A stretch of 63,334 bases of DNA, filler included, from Stramenopiles sp. TOSAG23-6 (GCA_900128565.1; 33 parts of 33 records of this genome joined end to end with filler, not necessarily neighbours in it), one strand, 5' to 3'; positions 38,645-51,022 are shown, counted from the whole stretch's first letter. Notes: a model not told the origin generated them from the sequence alone. A program made the numbers and translations.

Positions 38645-39291
38645 ATGCTTGCAGTATTGCTGTATGGTACACGTGACCAGAATGCATTTTCCATACCAGC
38701 GAAATGATATCTCGGCATAAGTTTCGCTGCAAGTTCGTCCAAAATGATTGATCTACAAATTTTGTTGGAATGATGATTGCTGAGTGGTGGAGGGGAAAAC
38801 TTTGCAGGTAATTCTTTAGTCACACTTAGCGGCCATTGAGACGTAAGTAAAATATCAACACCAGAAAACTCCTTGTTTGTATCCTCTTTCCGGTGTTTCT
38901 TTACCGTCTGAATCATTTTTCTTACTGCTAATGTTGCCTCTCCGTCCAAAGTTTGAGGAAATGAACCTGACAAAAATGCGACTGAAAGACCACAAATTAT
39001 ACTGATACCAGAACGACCTAAGAAATGAAGATTTTCTGAAATTGTACCTCCTTCNGGATACTTTTCCAATAAATGACTATTATTATCAGAAACAATAAAG
39101 TATGTTGGTAGGGGTAACTCAACTGTTGACAAAGTTACAAAGTCATTTGTCCCTGGAGTTGAAAACTGACCGACACAAAATAGAGCATCAAATGGACCAT
39201 GTTTAGATGCCTGAATTTTACAAACTCTTTTACGCAGAGTCTCATATTGACCATTTACATCTCCACAAACAAGAACCTTGGCCTTTTTCAT
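38645..39291 (-). CDS. CWF19L1: CWF19-like protein 1, metallophosphatase-like N-terminal exon
   Basis: KVLVCGDVNG, GPFDALFCVG.F, PLPTYF, VDILLTSQWP, PRYHFAG...FW.R.PY.N. Confidence 0.9.
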
Positions 39292-39641
39292 TATATCCTT
39301 CGGTAGAAGGAATGATTCCAAAAGGTAAACCTTCCTATTTTATTTTATTATATATTATGCTCGTGTTGTTGTTGTTGTTGTTGGAGAGAAATCGAAAATA
39401 AAAGACGCGCGAAATCTCAAATTTTCGTACGTAAATTCTTATAGTAAACCATGAACCTCGTATCTACGCTAGGGTTAGGGTTTGACGACACGTGCCGCTT
39501 TTTTTGTCTCGCACACACACACATGCAAATAGTGTTGTAACTTGTGAGAACGCGTACTNCCACTTGCTATAAAAATACGNAANTTGTATAAGGTCTGTGA
39601 TTCATTNTAGTTTATTTTAGATTCAATTAAATAGTTTTCAA

Positions 39642-39818
39642 ATGGCCAAGAAGAAGGCAGCACGTGTTGTAATGAAGTTGCTATCTTCTGCTGGTACGGG
39701 GTTTTTTTATACATTCAAGAAGAATCCAAGAAATACACCGTTCAAGGTAGCGTTACGAAAATATGACCCTATTGTTCGTCGTCACGTACTCTTCCAGGAA
39801 GCAAAGTTAAAGAAATAA
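39642..39818 (+). CDS. rpl33: Mitochondrial-type ribosomal protein L33 (58 aa, not in ORF track)
   Basis: [58 protein letters not shown]. Confidence 0.95.
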   Translation: MAKKKAARVVMKLLSSAGTGFFYTFKKNPRNTPFKVALRKYDPIVRRHVLFQEAKLKK

Positions 39819-40208
39819 GTAGCACACATTTTCATGGTACTTATTATGTGGTTGTATGCGTGTAAATGAGCAAAGATAAACAAAGATTATGTGGTTGTAT
39901 GCGGTGTAAATGAACAAAGATAAACAAAGTGTAGTCATTACAATAGAAAAACGTTGAGCGCCTTTTCATAGTTGTGCAATGACTATTTGATTATTTGAGT
40001 TGAGTCAACTTTTAACTTGTTTTATCAACATCAATAGAAGAATCACACAACGTTGTACACAATAGAAAGTCATTTAAAACCATTTAAAGCCATACACACA
40101 AAGTAACACGAAATATTATCATTACCAGAGTAGTCAATTTATAAAAACAACAAAAAATAGTACTAATAATAGTGTGTTTTGTATCAATATTTTTGTACGT
40201 AGTATATA

Positions 40209-40349
40209 TTATCGACGTCGCCATGGAGCATCCCACCTAGCCGTGACTTGAGCATCAGCGGTTGAAACACGTTTTATAGGTGTCAATGGCTCACCTAAAT
40301 CATCACCTCCTCGAATTATTTCTGGATTGATGCCAAAATGATTTGAATC
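40209..40349 (-). CDS. C-terminal fragment of an unknown protein
   Basis: 46 sense codons open from the contig end to TAA. Confidence 0.4.
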   Translation of the reverse strand, partial: DSNHFGINPEIIRGGDDLGEPLTPIKRVSTADAQVTARWDAPWRRR

Positions 40350-40811
40350 NNNNNNNNNNNNNNNNNNNNNNNNNNNNNNNNNNNNNNNNNNNNTTAATTA
40401 ATTAANNNNNNNNNNNNNNNNNNNNNNNNNNNNNNNNNNNNNNNNNNNNTTTTTTTTTAATACGAAATTTCTTACCTAACCAAACCAAACCAAACAAACT
40501 TTTTTTTTTTTTTTTTTTTTTTTTTGAATCATTACAAATATTTAATGTTCATACATTTACCAACTGTGAACGACAATGAAAATATTTCTTCACAAAACAT
40601 GCATCATCTGTAAAAGTAACCAGTACTGTTTTTACTCCTATAACACAAATTTCTGATGAACAAAAACATATTTTAAAAAATGCTGCTTTGGAGTTGAGTG
40701 GTGTATGTTTTATTTTTTTTTTAAATTTTGAAATTGAATTTTTTTTTCGTAGGAAATTTTGTACCTAACAATTTTTTTAGAATTTTTTTTAAATATTTTT
40801 CCAAAATACGT

Positions 40812-41705
40812 AAAGGAATAAATCGAAATAATAATCTTCAAAAAAAGCGTGAAATTACAAATGTTGGTACAAAAAAAACTAACCCTAACCCTAGTACTAC
40901 TCTTCAAAAGAATATGGTTGGTACAAAAAAATGTACTACTAATTCTGACACGTGTCATACTGATATCCAATCAAAAAAAAGCAGTGGAAAAACACAATTT
41001 AAACCCCCATCAATAATAGTATCTACTCCTTCCAATATAATGACTGAGAGTACTGAAAACCCTAACCCTAAGAAAGTAAAAATAATTGAAAACCCTAACC
41101 CTAAGAAAGTAAAAATAATTGAAAAAAAGACAAAACAAAATAATCAAAATAATCAAAATGTAACTGTATTGGACAAACCTTTGTGTAATAATACACCTAA
41201 CCCTAACCCTAAAGACGCTACAGACAAAACGATAACACACGAAATACAGGAAAATATAAAATCTAAACCATCGAAAACAACGAAAACAACAAAAAAAATA
41301 TCAAAAGCAAAAATGGCAAATATGGAGAACATCATGGAACAACAAAACCCTAACCCTACGATAAAACACGAAATACATGAGTTACAAAACTGTGAAGATT
41401 CAGTCAAACCTGTCATTCAAAAATCAGTTGTTGTTTTAGAAACATCAACAAAAAATCTAAAAAATTTAAAAAATTCACAACAAATGAAAATTTGTACTAA
41501 AATTGATACAACTGATGGTATGGATGAAAATAGTACTATTTTGGTACCCGGTAACATTGTGTCAAAAAAACGAAATTTTCCCCAAAATACACAAAATATT
41601 TTGTCTGTACGAAAAAAACAAAAAGTTGCTCAAAAAGTTGCTCAAAAATTTGATAATAATAATAGTGAGTCAACAACAATTCTTTGTAATCTTACAAATA
41701 TTTAG
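40812..41705 (+). CDS. Last exon of a K/N/T-rich low-complexity protein
   Basis: In frame with the upstream exon through GT..GT intron 40703-40811; contains several NPNP inserts. Confidence 0.65.
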   Translation, partial: KGINRNNNLQKKREITNVGTKKTNPNPSTTLQKNMVGTKKCTTNSDTCHTDIQSKKSSGKTQFKPPSIIVSTPSNIMTESTENPNPKKVKIIENPNPKKVKIIEKKTKQNNQNNQNVTVLDKPLCNNTPNPNPKDATDKTITHEIQENIKSKPSKTTKTTKKISKAKMANMENIMEQQNPNPTIKHEIHELQNCEDSVKPVIQKSVVVLETSTKNLKNLKNSQQMKICTKIDTTDGMDENSTILVPGNIVSKKRNFPQNTQNILSVRKKQKVAQKVAQKFDNNNSESTTILCNLTNI

Positions 41706-42367
41706 TTGATGTTATTATTGAAATCAAATTTATTATTGAAATCAAAAAATCAAAAATTAGTTTCTTTCTTTTTTTTAGAAAAGTTTACATGAAAATCTTT
41801 AGGTACAAAATTTCGTATGAAAAAAAAAATCATTTTTTTTTCAAAACATTAGAAAAGTTTAAATGAACAAAATAATAATTGAAACATTTTGCATTCTCAT
41901 TATTTAAATATTATTTGAATATGATATGTACATGTATAATATACTATATACAAACTAAGTTTTAAATACAAAAATTAAAAAAGTTTAAAAAATAAAACAA
42001 ATACAAGTAATTTTTTTTTGTTGTTGTAAAAATTTAAATACAAAAATTAAAAAAGTTTAAAAAATAAAACAAATACAATTAATTTTTAAAGTGACATTTT
42101 TTGTTGTAAAAATTTAATTTCACTAAAAACATTGTTGTAGTATTTTTAGTTTATATTTTGATTTCAAAAACAAGTTTTTTTTATTTTTATTGTATAAAAA
42201 TATTTTGAATATTTTTTTTGTATGTTTTGTATTTTTTGTATTTTTTGTATTTTTTGTATTTTTTGTANNNNNNNNNNNNNNNNNNNNNNNNNNNNNNNNN
42301 NNNNNNNNNNNTTAATTAATTAANNNNNNNNNNNNNNNNNNNNNNNNNNNNNNNNNNNNNNNNNNNN

Positions 42368-44185
42368 TTTTTTTTTAATACGAAATTTCTTACCTAACCA
42401 AACCAAACCAAACAAACTTTTTTTTTTTTTTTTTTTTTTTTTTGAATCATTACAAATATTTAATGTTCATACATTTACCAACTGTGAACGACAATGAAAA
42501 TATTTCTTCACAAAACATGCATCATCTGTAAAAGTAACCAGTACTGTTTTTACTCCTATAACACAAATTTCTGATGAACAAAAACATATTTTAAAAAATG
42601 CTGCTTTGGAGTTGAGTGGTGTATGTTTTATTTTTTTTTTAAATTTTGAAATTGAATTTTTTTTTCGTAGGAAATTTTGTACCTAACAATTTTTTTAGAA
42701 TTTTTTTTAAATATTTTTCCAAAATACGTAAAGGAATAAATCGAAATAATAATCTTCAAAAAAAGCGTGAAATTACAAATGTTGGTACAAAAAAAACTAA
42801 CCCTAACCCTAGTACTACTCTTCAAAAGAATATGGTTGGTACAAAAAAATGTACTACTAATTCTGACACGTGTCATACTGATATCCAATCAAAAAAAAGC
42901 AGTGGAAAAACACAATTTAAACCCCCATCAATAATAGTATCTACTCCTTCCAATATAATGACTGAGAGTACTGAAAACCCTAACCCTAAGAAAGTAAAAA
43001 TAATTGAAAACCCTAACCCTAAGAAAGTAAAAATAATTGAAAAAAAGACAAAACAAAATAATCAAAATAATCAAAATGTAACTGTATTGGACAAACCTTT
43101 GTGTAATAATACACCTAACCCTAACCCTAAAGACGCTACAGACAAAACGATAACACACGAAATACAGGAAAATATAAAATCTAAACCATCGAAAACAACG
43201 AAAACAACAAAAAAAATATCAAAAGCAAAAATGGCAAATATGGAGAACATCATGGAACAACAAAACCCTAACCCTACGATAAAACACGAAATACATGAGT
43301 TACAAAACTGTGAAGATTCAGTCAAACCTGTCATTCAAAAATCAGTTGTTGTTTTAGAAACATCAACAAAAAATCTAAAAAATTTAAAAAATTCACAACA
43401 AATGAAAATTTGTACTAAAATTGATACAACTGATGGTATGGATGAAAATAGTACTATTTTGGTACCCGGTAACATTGTGTCAAAAAAACGAAATTTTCCC
43501 CAAAATACACAAAATATTTTGTCTGTACGAAAAAAACAAAAAGTTGCTCAAAAAGTTGCTCAAAAATTTGATAATAATAATAGTGAGTCAACAACAATTC
43601 TTTGTAATCTTACAAATATTTAGTTGATGTTATTATTGAAATCAAATTTATTATTGAAATCAAAAAATCAAAAATTAGTTTCTTTCTTTTTTTTAGAAAA
43701 GTTTACATGAAAATCTTTAGGTACAAAATTTCGTATGAAAAAAAAAATCATTTTTTTTTCAAAACATTAGAAAAGTTTAAATGAACAAAATAATAATTGA
43801 AACATTTTGCATTCTCATTATTTAAATATTATTTGAATATGATATGTACATGTATAATATACTATATACAAACTAAGTTTTAAATACAAAAATTAAAAAA
43901 GTTTAAAAAATAAAACAAATACAAGTAATTTTTTTTTGTTGTTGTAAAAATTTAAATACAAAAATTAAAAAAGTTTAAAAAATAAAACAAATACAATTAA
44001 TTTTTAAAGTGACATTTTTTGTTGTAAAAATTTAATTTCACTAAAAACATTGTTGTAGTATTTTTAGTTTATATTTTGATTTCAAAAACAAGTTTTTTTT
44101 ATTTTTATTGTATAAAAATATTTTGAATATTTTTTTTGTATGTTTTGTATTTTTTGTATTTTTTGTATTTTTTGTATTTTTTGTA
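42368..44185. repeat. Exact duplicate of contig 40450-42267
   Basis: Identical ORFs at offset 1918. Confidence 0.97.
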
Positions 44186-44287
44186 NNNNNNNNNNNNNNN
44201 NNNNNNNNNNNNNNNNNNNNNNNNNNNNNTTAATTAATTAANNNNNNNNNNNNNNNNNNNNNNNNNNNNNNNNNNNNNNNNNNNNTT

Positions 44288-44860
44288 GTTGAAGAATTAA
44301 AAGATAAAAAAGTAAAGCAAATTTCAGCTGGTTTAAAACACACTGTTGTATTACTTGAAAATGGTGATGTATATACATGGGGAAATGGAGCAGAAGGTCT
44401 ACTTGGTCATGGTAATACAGAAAATCAACTCATACCTAAATATGTTGAAGAATTAAAAGATAAAAAAGTAAAGCAGATATCAACTAGTCATAATCACACT
44501 GTTGCATTACTAAAAAATGGTGATATATACACATGGGGAAGTGGATATTATGGTCGACTTGGTCATGGTGATACAAAAACTCAACTCTTACCTAAAGTTG
44601 TTGAAGAATTAAAAGATAAAAACGTATCAGAAATATCAATTGGTTATCGACACAGTGTTGTATTACTCGAAAATGGTACTGTATGCACTTGGGGAAGTGG
44701 AGATTATGGTATACTTGGTCATGGTGATGAAAGTCATCAAATGATACCTAAAATTGTTGAAGAATTAAAAGATGAAAAAGTAGTGAAAGTTAAAGCAACT
44801 TTCTTTCAGACTTTAATTTATGGAGATAATAATTGTGTGATTGCAAAATATGGCTATTAA
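44288..44860 (+). CDS. RCC1-repeat protein C-terminus (not in ORF track)
   Basis: VKQISAGLKHTVVLLENGDVYTWGNGAEGLLGHG...PK.VEELKDK repeated about 3.5 times. Confidence 0.93.
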   Translation, partial: VEELKDKKVKQISAGLKHTVVLLENGDVYTWGNGAEGLLGHGNTENQLIPKYVEELKDKKVKQISTSHNHTVALLKNGDIYTWGSGYYGRLGHGDTKTQLLPKVVEELKDKNVSEISIGYRHSVVLLENGTVCTWGSGDYGILGHGDESHQMIPKIVEELKDEKVVKVKATFFQTLIYGDNNCVIAKYGY

Positions 44861-45100
44861 AACATATTTTATTAATGTTCTTTACTTTTTTAATTCTACA
44901 AATTTATACACAAAAAATTGTTTCAATTAGAATTATTATATGATTTCAAATGTTTTATTATATAAATGAAAATGATTTTTGATTTAAATTTTTTATATTT
45001 TTTTATATCTTTTTATATTATTGTTTTATTATTTTTGATAATTTTTCTATAGAAATAATTGAACTTTTTTTTTTGTGTAATTTTTTTTATATTTTTTATT

Positions 45101-45775
45101 TCATTTTCCATGAATTTTCTGTAGAAATAATTGAATTTCTTCATCATCTAATCCTAAATTATTCAAATCTTTTTCAGTTGTATCATATAAATCTAAAACG
45201 CAACGTACATGTATTGAGAAAAAATATTTCAAACATTTAATTTTTTGTTAGATGAAAAATTAAAAAAAAAAAAAAATTAAAAAAAAAAATTTGAAATTTT
45301 GAAAAATTTAAAAAAAATTAAAAAAAATTTAAAATTTTAAAATTATGAAAATGTACATTTTGTTCACTAATTAAAACATTTTGTAAATGACTCATATCAA
45401 TACGAGCTAAGAATAAAGTCAATTGTTCAAGTTCTTCATTTTCTTTAAAACTATTTTCAGACGATTTCAAATTTGATTTTTTTTTCAAATTTTTTTCAGA
45501 TTTTTCATTAGGGTTAGGGTTAAATCCAAATTTTTCTTCAAATTCTTTTTCTTTTAAAGCATGACGTTGTCGAGCACGATTTGCTAATCGCATTTGACGT
45601 TTTTCTCGTTTTTGATTTATTTCATATTCAGTTAATGGAGGATGTTGCAATCTATACTCTGCTTTTTTTATGAAGTATATTGTAAAGAAATATTAAATTT
45701 TTTTTTCTTCTTTTTTTTTGTTAGGTACAAAATTTCGTATGAAAAAAAAAAAAAAATTTTACAAAAAAAAAAAAA

Positions 45776-45818
<43 letters not shown>

Positions 45819-46003
45819 AAATTTTTTTGAAAAATGTACAATTTTCGATGTTTTGAATGTAATAATAATCTTTCATCTCTTTCTTGCCTCTCTTTTCTTA
45901 TTTTATCTTTTACATCTTGAACTCTTTTTTTTTCACGTTCAATACCTTCTTTTGTGATTAAACTTGATGCAATTTTTGGCATTTCACGTAATTCTAAAGC
46001 AGC
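45101..46003 (-). CDS. Coiled-coil protein with C-terminal SAM-like domain (exons 46003-45840, 45672-45357, 45208-45101)
   Basis: Spliced FLARIDMSHLQNVLISEQN|VRCVLDLYDTTEKDLNNLGL; introns GT..TT and GT..AT. Confidence 0.7.
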
Positions 46004-46025
46004 CTACATTGTAGAAAAAATATTT

Positions 46026-46058
<33 letters not shown>

Positions 46059-46066
46059 GGGATAAA

Positions 46067-46098
<32 letters not shown>

Positions 46099-46264
46099 AA
46101 AAANNNNNNNNNNNNNNNNNNNNNNNNNNNNNNNNNNNNNNNNNNNNTTAATTAATTAANNNNNNNNNNNNNNNNNNNNNNNNNNNNNNNNNNNNNNNNN
46201 NNNAAATTTTGTACCTAACAAAAAATTTTAGATTTTTTTTTTGAAATATTTTTCCAAAGTACAT

Positions 46265-47925
46265 GGGACTTGTCATTTGAATTTTCATGAAACATCATCA
46301 GTATCCTCTCAACCAACAGGATTCGTAAATAATACAGCTCCAATAATTAATAATGTACACGATATTCCTGTAATGATTACTAGTGAATACGATTATATTG
46401 AACCAGCTCGTTCATATATTCAAAACTCGCCTACTACTATAGTCTCTTCTTCCACTGAGATAAAATCAGAAAATATTTCACCATTAAGTAAAGAGATTAC
46501 AGAAACAATTTCAATGACTTGTAAAGGTCAAACAAAAGTTTCCTCTTCACCTTCTTTTTCAGTAGAAAATAGTCAAACAAAAGTTTCCTCTTCACCTTCT
46601 TCTTCAGTAGAAAATAGTGGTATATACTCTGATGAATTTGAGACTTCAATTGATTTAAATAAACAAAATGATTCAGATAATGATGTGAGGAAGTCAATAC
46701 AAGAAATTTCAAATAATGACATGAAGAATATTTCCCCGGAAGAATTAAAAGTGAATGAGACAATTTCTGAGGAAGGAAAAAAAGAATTTTTTGAGAGAGA
46801 AAAAAGAAATGACGAAAATAAATCTCAACAAATTTTGGAAGAAGTAAAACAATGCAACTTTAAAAATGATAATGACGATAATGATGGTGGTGACAACTTA
46901 GAAAATGATAATGACGATAATGATGTTGGTGATGGAAATATTTCTGGATTTAGTGGGGGAGACGAAAGTTACGAAAGTCAACAATTTTTAAAAACTATCC
47001 CTAGCAAAAGTCGAGAAGAGAGTGCTATAATAAGCCCAAGAAGTACAATAATACCCCAGAGAGATTCTTTGGGTTCTGTTCACTCTGATTGGAATGGTGG
47101 AAACATTAGTTTCTCCGGTGGCGAAGAAGAATATTTAAATGAATCTTTTATTGAAGACATCAATGATGATGAACAAGATGATATTATTGAAGATATCAAT
47201 GATGATGAACAAGATGATGGAGAAAAGTTTAGTCCTAACCGTAATGAAGAGAATATCGTTGAAGAAGATAAAGATGATGATATTGTTGAAGAAGGTAATG
47301 AAGAGAATATCGTTGAAGAAGATAAAGATGATGATATCGTTGAAGAAGATAAAGATGATGATATTGTTGAAGAAGATAAAGATGATGATATTGTTGAAGA
47401 AGATAAAGATGATGAATATGATTTTGATGATGTGGATACAGATAAATATTCTTCTAAGCAGTCGAATGAAAAACATATTTATGATTGGAAGATGCATATC
47501 AGTAATTATATTCACGATTTAACGGAAGGAAATCAAAATTATTATTCAGAGAATCTCAAAGCTGCAGCTGAACGACAATATCATTATCAATCACAAATTG
47601 AGCCAATATCTGAAGATAATCAAATAACATTTGATGTCTTAGATGTCAATGATTTTGTCAATCACGAACGAAATAATGAGAAAATATCTGGACATTCTGT
47701 TGAGTATATGCAAATACATGTACGTTTTCGTTATGAATTTAATTTTTTTTTTGGTTTTCGTAGGAAATTTTATACCTAACAAAAAAACAAAAAAATATTT
47801 CTTCACAATACATAATAAGGTTTTATTTGATTTGATTAATGACGAGTTGAAAGAAATGTTACCACCAAAACCAATACCACAATGGTCGAAACATCAGAGA
47901 TGTTTCAATCCTCTTCTCTCTACAT
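46265..47925 (+). CDS. Acidic repeat protein with DUF4378-like C-terminus
   Basis: IVEEDKDDD repeats; IH|NKVLFDLINDEL across intron 47720-47813. Confidence 0.65.
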
Positions 47926-48533
47926 GTATGTTTTTTTTTTTTTTTCTATGAATTTATTTTTCATACGAAATTTTGTACCTAACAATTTTTTTAGATTTTT
48001 TTGAAATATTTTTCCAAAATNNNNNNNNNNNNNNNNNNNNNNNNNNNNNNNNNNNNNNNNNNNNTTAATTAATTAANNNNNNNNNNNNNNNNNNNNNNNN
48101 NNNNNNNNNNNNNNNNNNNNTGAATTTCTAATTTAATTTTTTTTTCATACGAAATTTCGTACCTAACGATTTTTTTTGAAATATTTTTCCAAAATACATG
48201 TGGAGTGCTGCAAAGCGGGAGAGGGAAAGAAAACGATTACCAGATATGGAAGACAAAGTTGCTAAAGCAGTAAGACGAGCATCGGTTGTTCCGCCGACCC
48301 GTAAATTAAAATAAAATTTTATAGCTAAAAAACTTGTAAAAAAAAAATACTCGAATTTTAATAACATAAACTAAAACATTACTAAATTATGACTTGTCCC
48401 GAAGTCTCGATATAATACAAAATTTTAAAAAAATCAAATTTTCGCTCCTCTGATGATCGATCGATGATGTTCTCTTTCGTGTCGAAAAACTATAAATCAA
48501 TTTTAGTGTATGTACATTTTAAAAAAAAGAAGA

Positions 48534-49872
48534 ATGAGCCCCATAAAAACTGGCGATGATGTAAATATTACTGCCCTTCAATCAGAAATTCGCAGTGCAA
48601 TAATGAATAAAAAAGTGAACGCTTGTCCTATTGCAATTCGCCTTGCCTGGCACGCAAGTGGAACCTATAACAAACATGATAAAACAGGAGGTAGCAATGG
48701 TGCTCGGATGAGGTTTCACCCAGAAAAAGACGATGAAGCTAATGCAGGTTTATCAATAACACGTGATTTATTGCAGCGTATAAAACGAAATCACCCTGAA
48801 ATTTCTAATGCAGATTTATGGGCTGTGGCGGGAGCATCCGCGTGTGAATTTGCTGGTGGACCGAAAATTAGAGTTCAACTTGGTAGAACAGATGATTGCA
48901 ACGGTGAAAAGTCTCCTCCCCCTGGTCGCCTACCAGATGCAAGTAAGGGTGCTCAGCACTTACGTGATGTTTTTTATCGTATGGGATTTAATGATCAAGA
49001 GATTGTTGCTCTTAGTGGTGCACACACTCTTGGTCGTTGTCATTTAACTAGAAGTGGTTTCGATGGACCTTGTACGTTTTCATATTAATTTCAAATTTAT
49101 TTTTTTTTGTACCAAATTTTGTACCTAACACATTTTTTTTTTCAAATATTTTTCACAAGACTTGGACACCGAATCCTTTAAAGTTTGATAATCAGTATTT
49201 CAAGTTGCTCATGGGTTTAGATTGGACACCAAGGCAATGGGAAGGAAATTTCCAATACGCTGATCCTAGTGGTCAATTAATGATGTTACCTACCGACATG
49301 TATGTTAACCCTAACCCTAACAAAAGAAATAATCATGATTTTTTTTACTATAAAAATGCATGTAACCCTAACAAATTTCAAATTTTTGAAATATTTTTTA
49401 CAATGCATGGCATTAAAAACAGATTCTAAATTCAGAGTTTGGGCTGAAAAATATGCAAAAGATGAAAAACTATTTTTTAAAGATTTTGCAAAAGCTTATG
49501 CAAAACTAATCAGTCTTGGTTGTAAACGAAAACAAGAACCTACAACAGGTTTATCAAGGGAAGAGAGAGTGACATACGAAGCAAGCATGCAATTACAGGA
49601 AGCAGCTATGTACGTTTCCATGATACATTTCAAATATTTTTTTTTTTTTTTCAATTTTTTTTTTCAATTTTTTTTTAAAAATTTTTCGTACGAAATTCCG
49701 TACCTAACATTTTTTTTTCTAAAATATTTTTTCACAATATATGCATGGGTCTTTAGCTCTTGTCAAGCGACTTGCTGAAGGCATACGTGAAGATGGAGTA
49801 CCCACAACAAAATTTGATGGTCAAGGTGATATTAGTTCAGTAGAAAGTGCTTCTGGTCGAACTGCACTACAT
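48534..49872 (+). CDS. Class I heme peroxidase (ascorbate/cytochrome c peroxidase) with C-terminal ankyrin repeats (exons 48534-49071, 49164-49299, 49409-49609, 49743-49872)
   Basis: [43 protein letters not shown], then EAA|MHGS and GRTALH. Confidence 0.93.
49072..49163 (+). other. Non-canonical GT..TT family intron
   Basis: Removal restores GP-W-TPNP; the only nearby AG (CACAAG) gives a frameshift and stop. Confidence 0.9.
49300..49408 (+). other. Non-canonical GT..AT family intron
   Basis: Removal restores LPTD-M-AL; there is no AG after the branch motif and the next exonic AG gives a stop. Confidence 0.9.
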
Positions 49873-50090
49873 GTACGTTTTCATCATGAATTTATTAATT
49901 TATTATTTTTTTGGTACGAAATTTTGTACCTAAACAANNNNNNNNNNNNNNNNNNNNNNNNNNNNNNNNNNNNNNNNNNNNTTAATTAATTAANNNNNNN
50001 NNNNNNNNNNNNNNNNNNNNNNNNNNNNNNNNNNNNNTTGTACCTAACAAATTTAAGTTTTTTTTTTTGAAATATTTTTCCAAAATACAT

Positions 50091-51022
50091 GGGTATTACA
50101 AACAGAATGAAAAAATTGGAAGAAACTTTGCGACCATACCATTCCGCAGCTCGTAGCATAGGCTTAGTACCGTCTACAGCAAAATATGCTCGTGGTGAGG
50201 ACTATGAACTTCAACTTCGTGCAAATTATGATCCAGAGGCTCACTTGGGCCAATCGGACTTGGTAGATGGTCTTCTTTCTTTTGATGTAAAAGCTGTTTT
50301 AAAACCAAGATTACAAGAACTACGCAGTGAGTTTATAGCAAAAGGTCATCGTTTACACGCTGAATATTTACGAGCAAAGGAAACTCTTGATAACACTGAA
50401 GATCTACTCAGAGCTGAAAAAGAAGCTGTCGCTGAACTTAATTTTGAACTGGAGCGTAAAGAAAAAACTCTAGACAAAGAAATTGGTCGAGAAAGACGCA
50501 TGTATGCAGCAGAAACAAAGAGAGCTCAAGATATTGAAGATGAATTGGAATACATGTATGTTTTATTTTTTTTTTTAACAAAAAAATCGAATTTTTTTTC
50601 ATACGAAATTTTGTACTTAACGATTTTTTTTCAAATATTTTTCCAAAATACATAAAAAACGCAAGAATTGGTTGTGCACAACAAGAAGAACGTCTTGTTA
50701 CAGTATGTGGTAAGTTGAAAGAAACTTTGGAATACACTAAAGAAGATCACATTCGTGCGTTGAAACAAATCAGTGAACAATTGGTCGAGTCTTTGACTGT
50801 AGTAGCGGATCATAAGCAAGTCGTTCAAGGGACTATTTCGCACACCCTCGCAGAGTTGCAGTCACGAGTACTATGTATGTTTTATATTTTTTTCAATTTC
50901 GATTTTTTTTTTATAGTAAATTTTGTACCTAACAAAGTTTAGTTTTTTTTTTTGAAATATTTTTCCAAAATACATTATTGGAAGAACAGGAAATGAGTAC
51001 TTCTACAGATGAATTAATCTAA
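50091..51022 (+). CDS. Coiled-coil protein C-terminus (exons 50091-50555, 50654-50874, 50976-51022)
   Basis: ORFs 50089 and 50715 join in frame via GT..AT introns. Confidence 0.7.

Noticed and set aside
38530-39321. CWF19L1 as a linked component of the unusual splicing system
   Set aside because: Contig order is arbitrary and the protein looks ordinary.
39843-39929. About 43-nt tandem duplication downstream of rpL33
   Set aside because: Two copies only, no spacer or structure; an ordinary local duplication.
49300-49408. Classical U12-type AT-AC introns
   Set aside because: No ATATCCTT donor, long branch-to-3' distance, AG-ending siblings in the GT register, and several members lacking AT or AC in the shifted register. 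Not formally excluded without cDNA.
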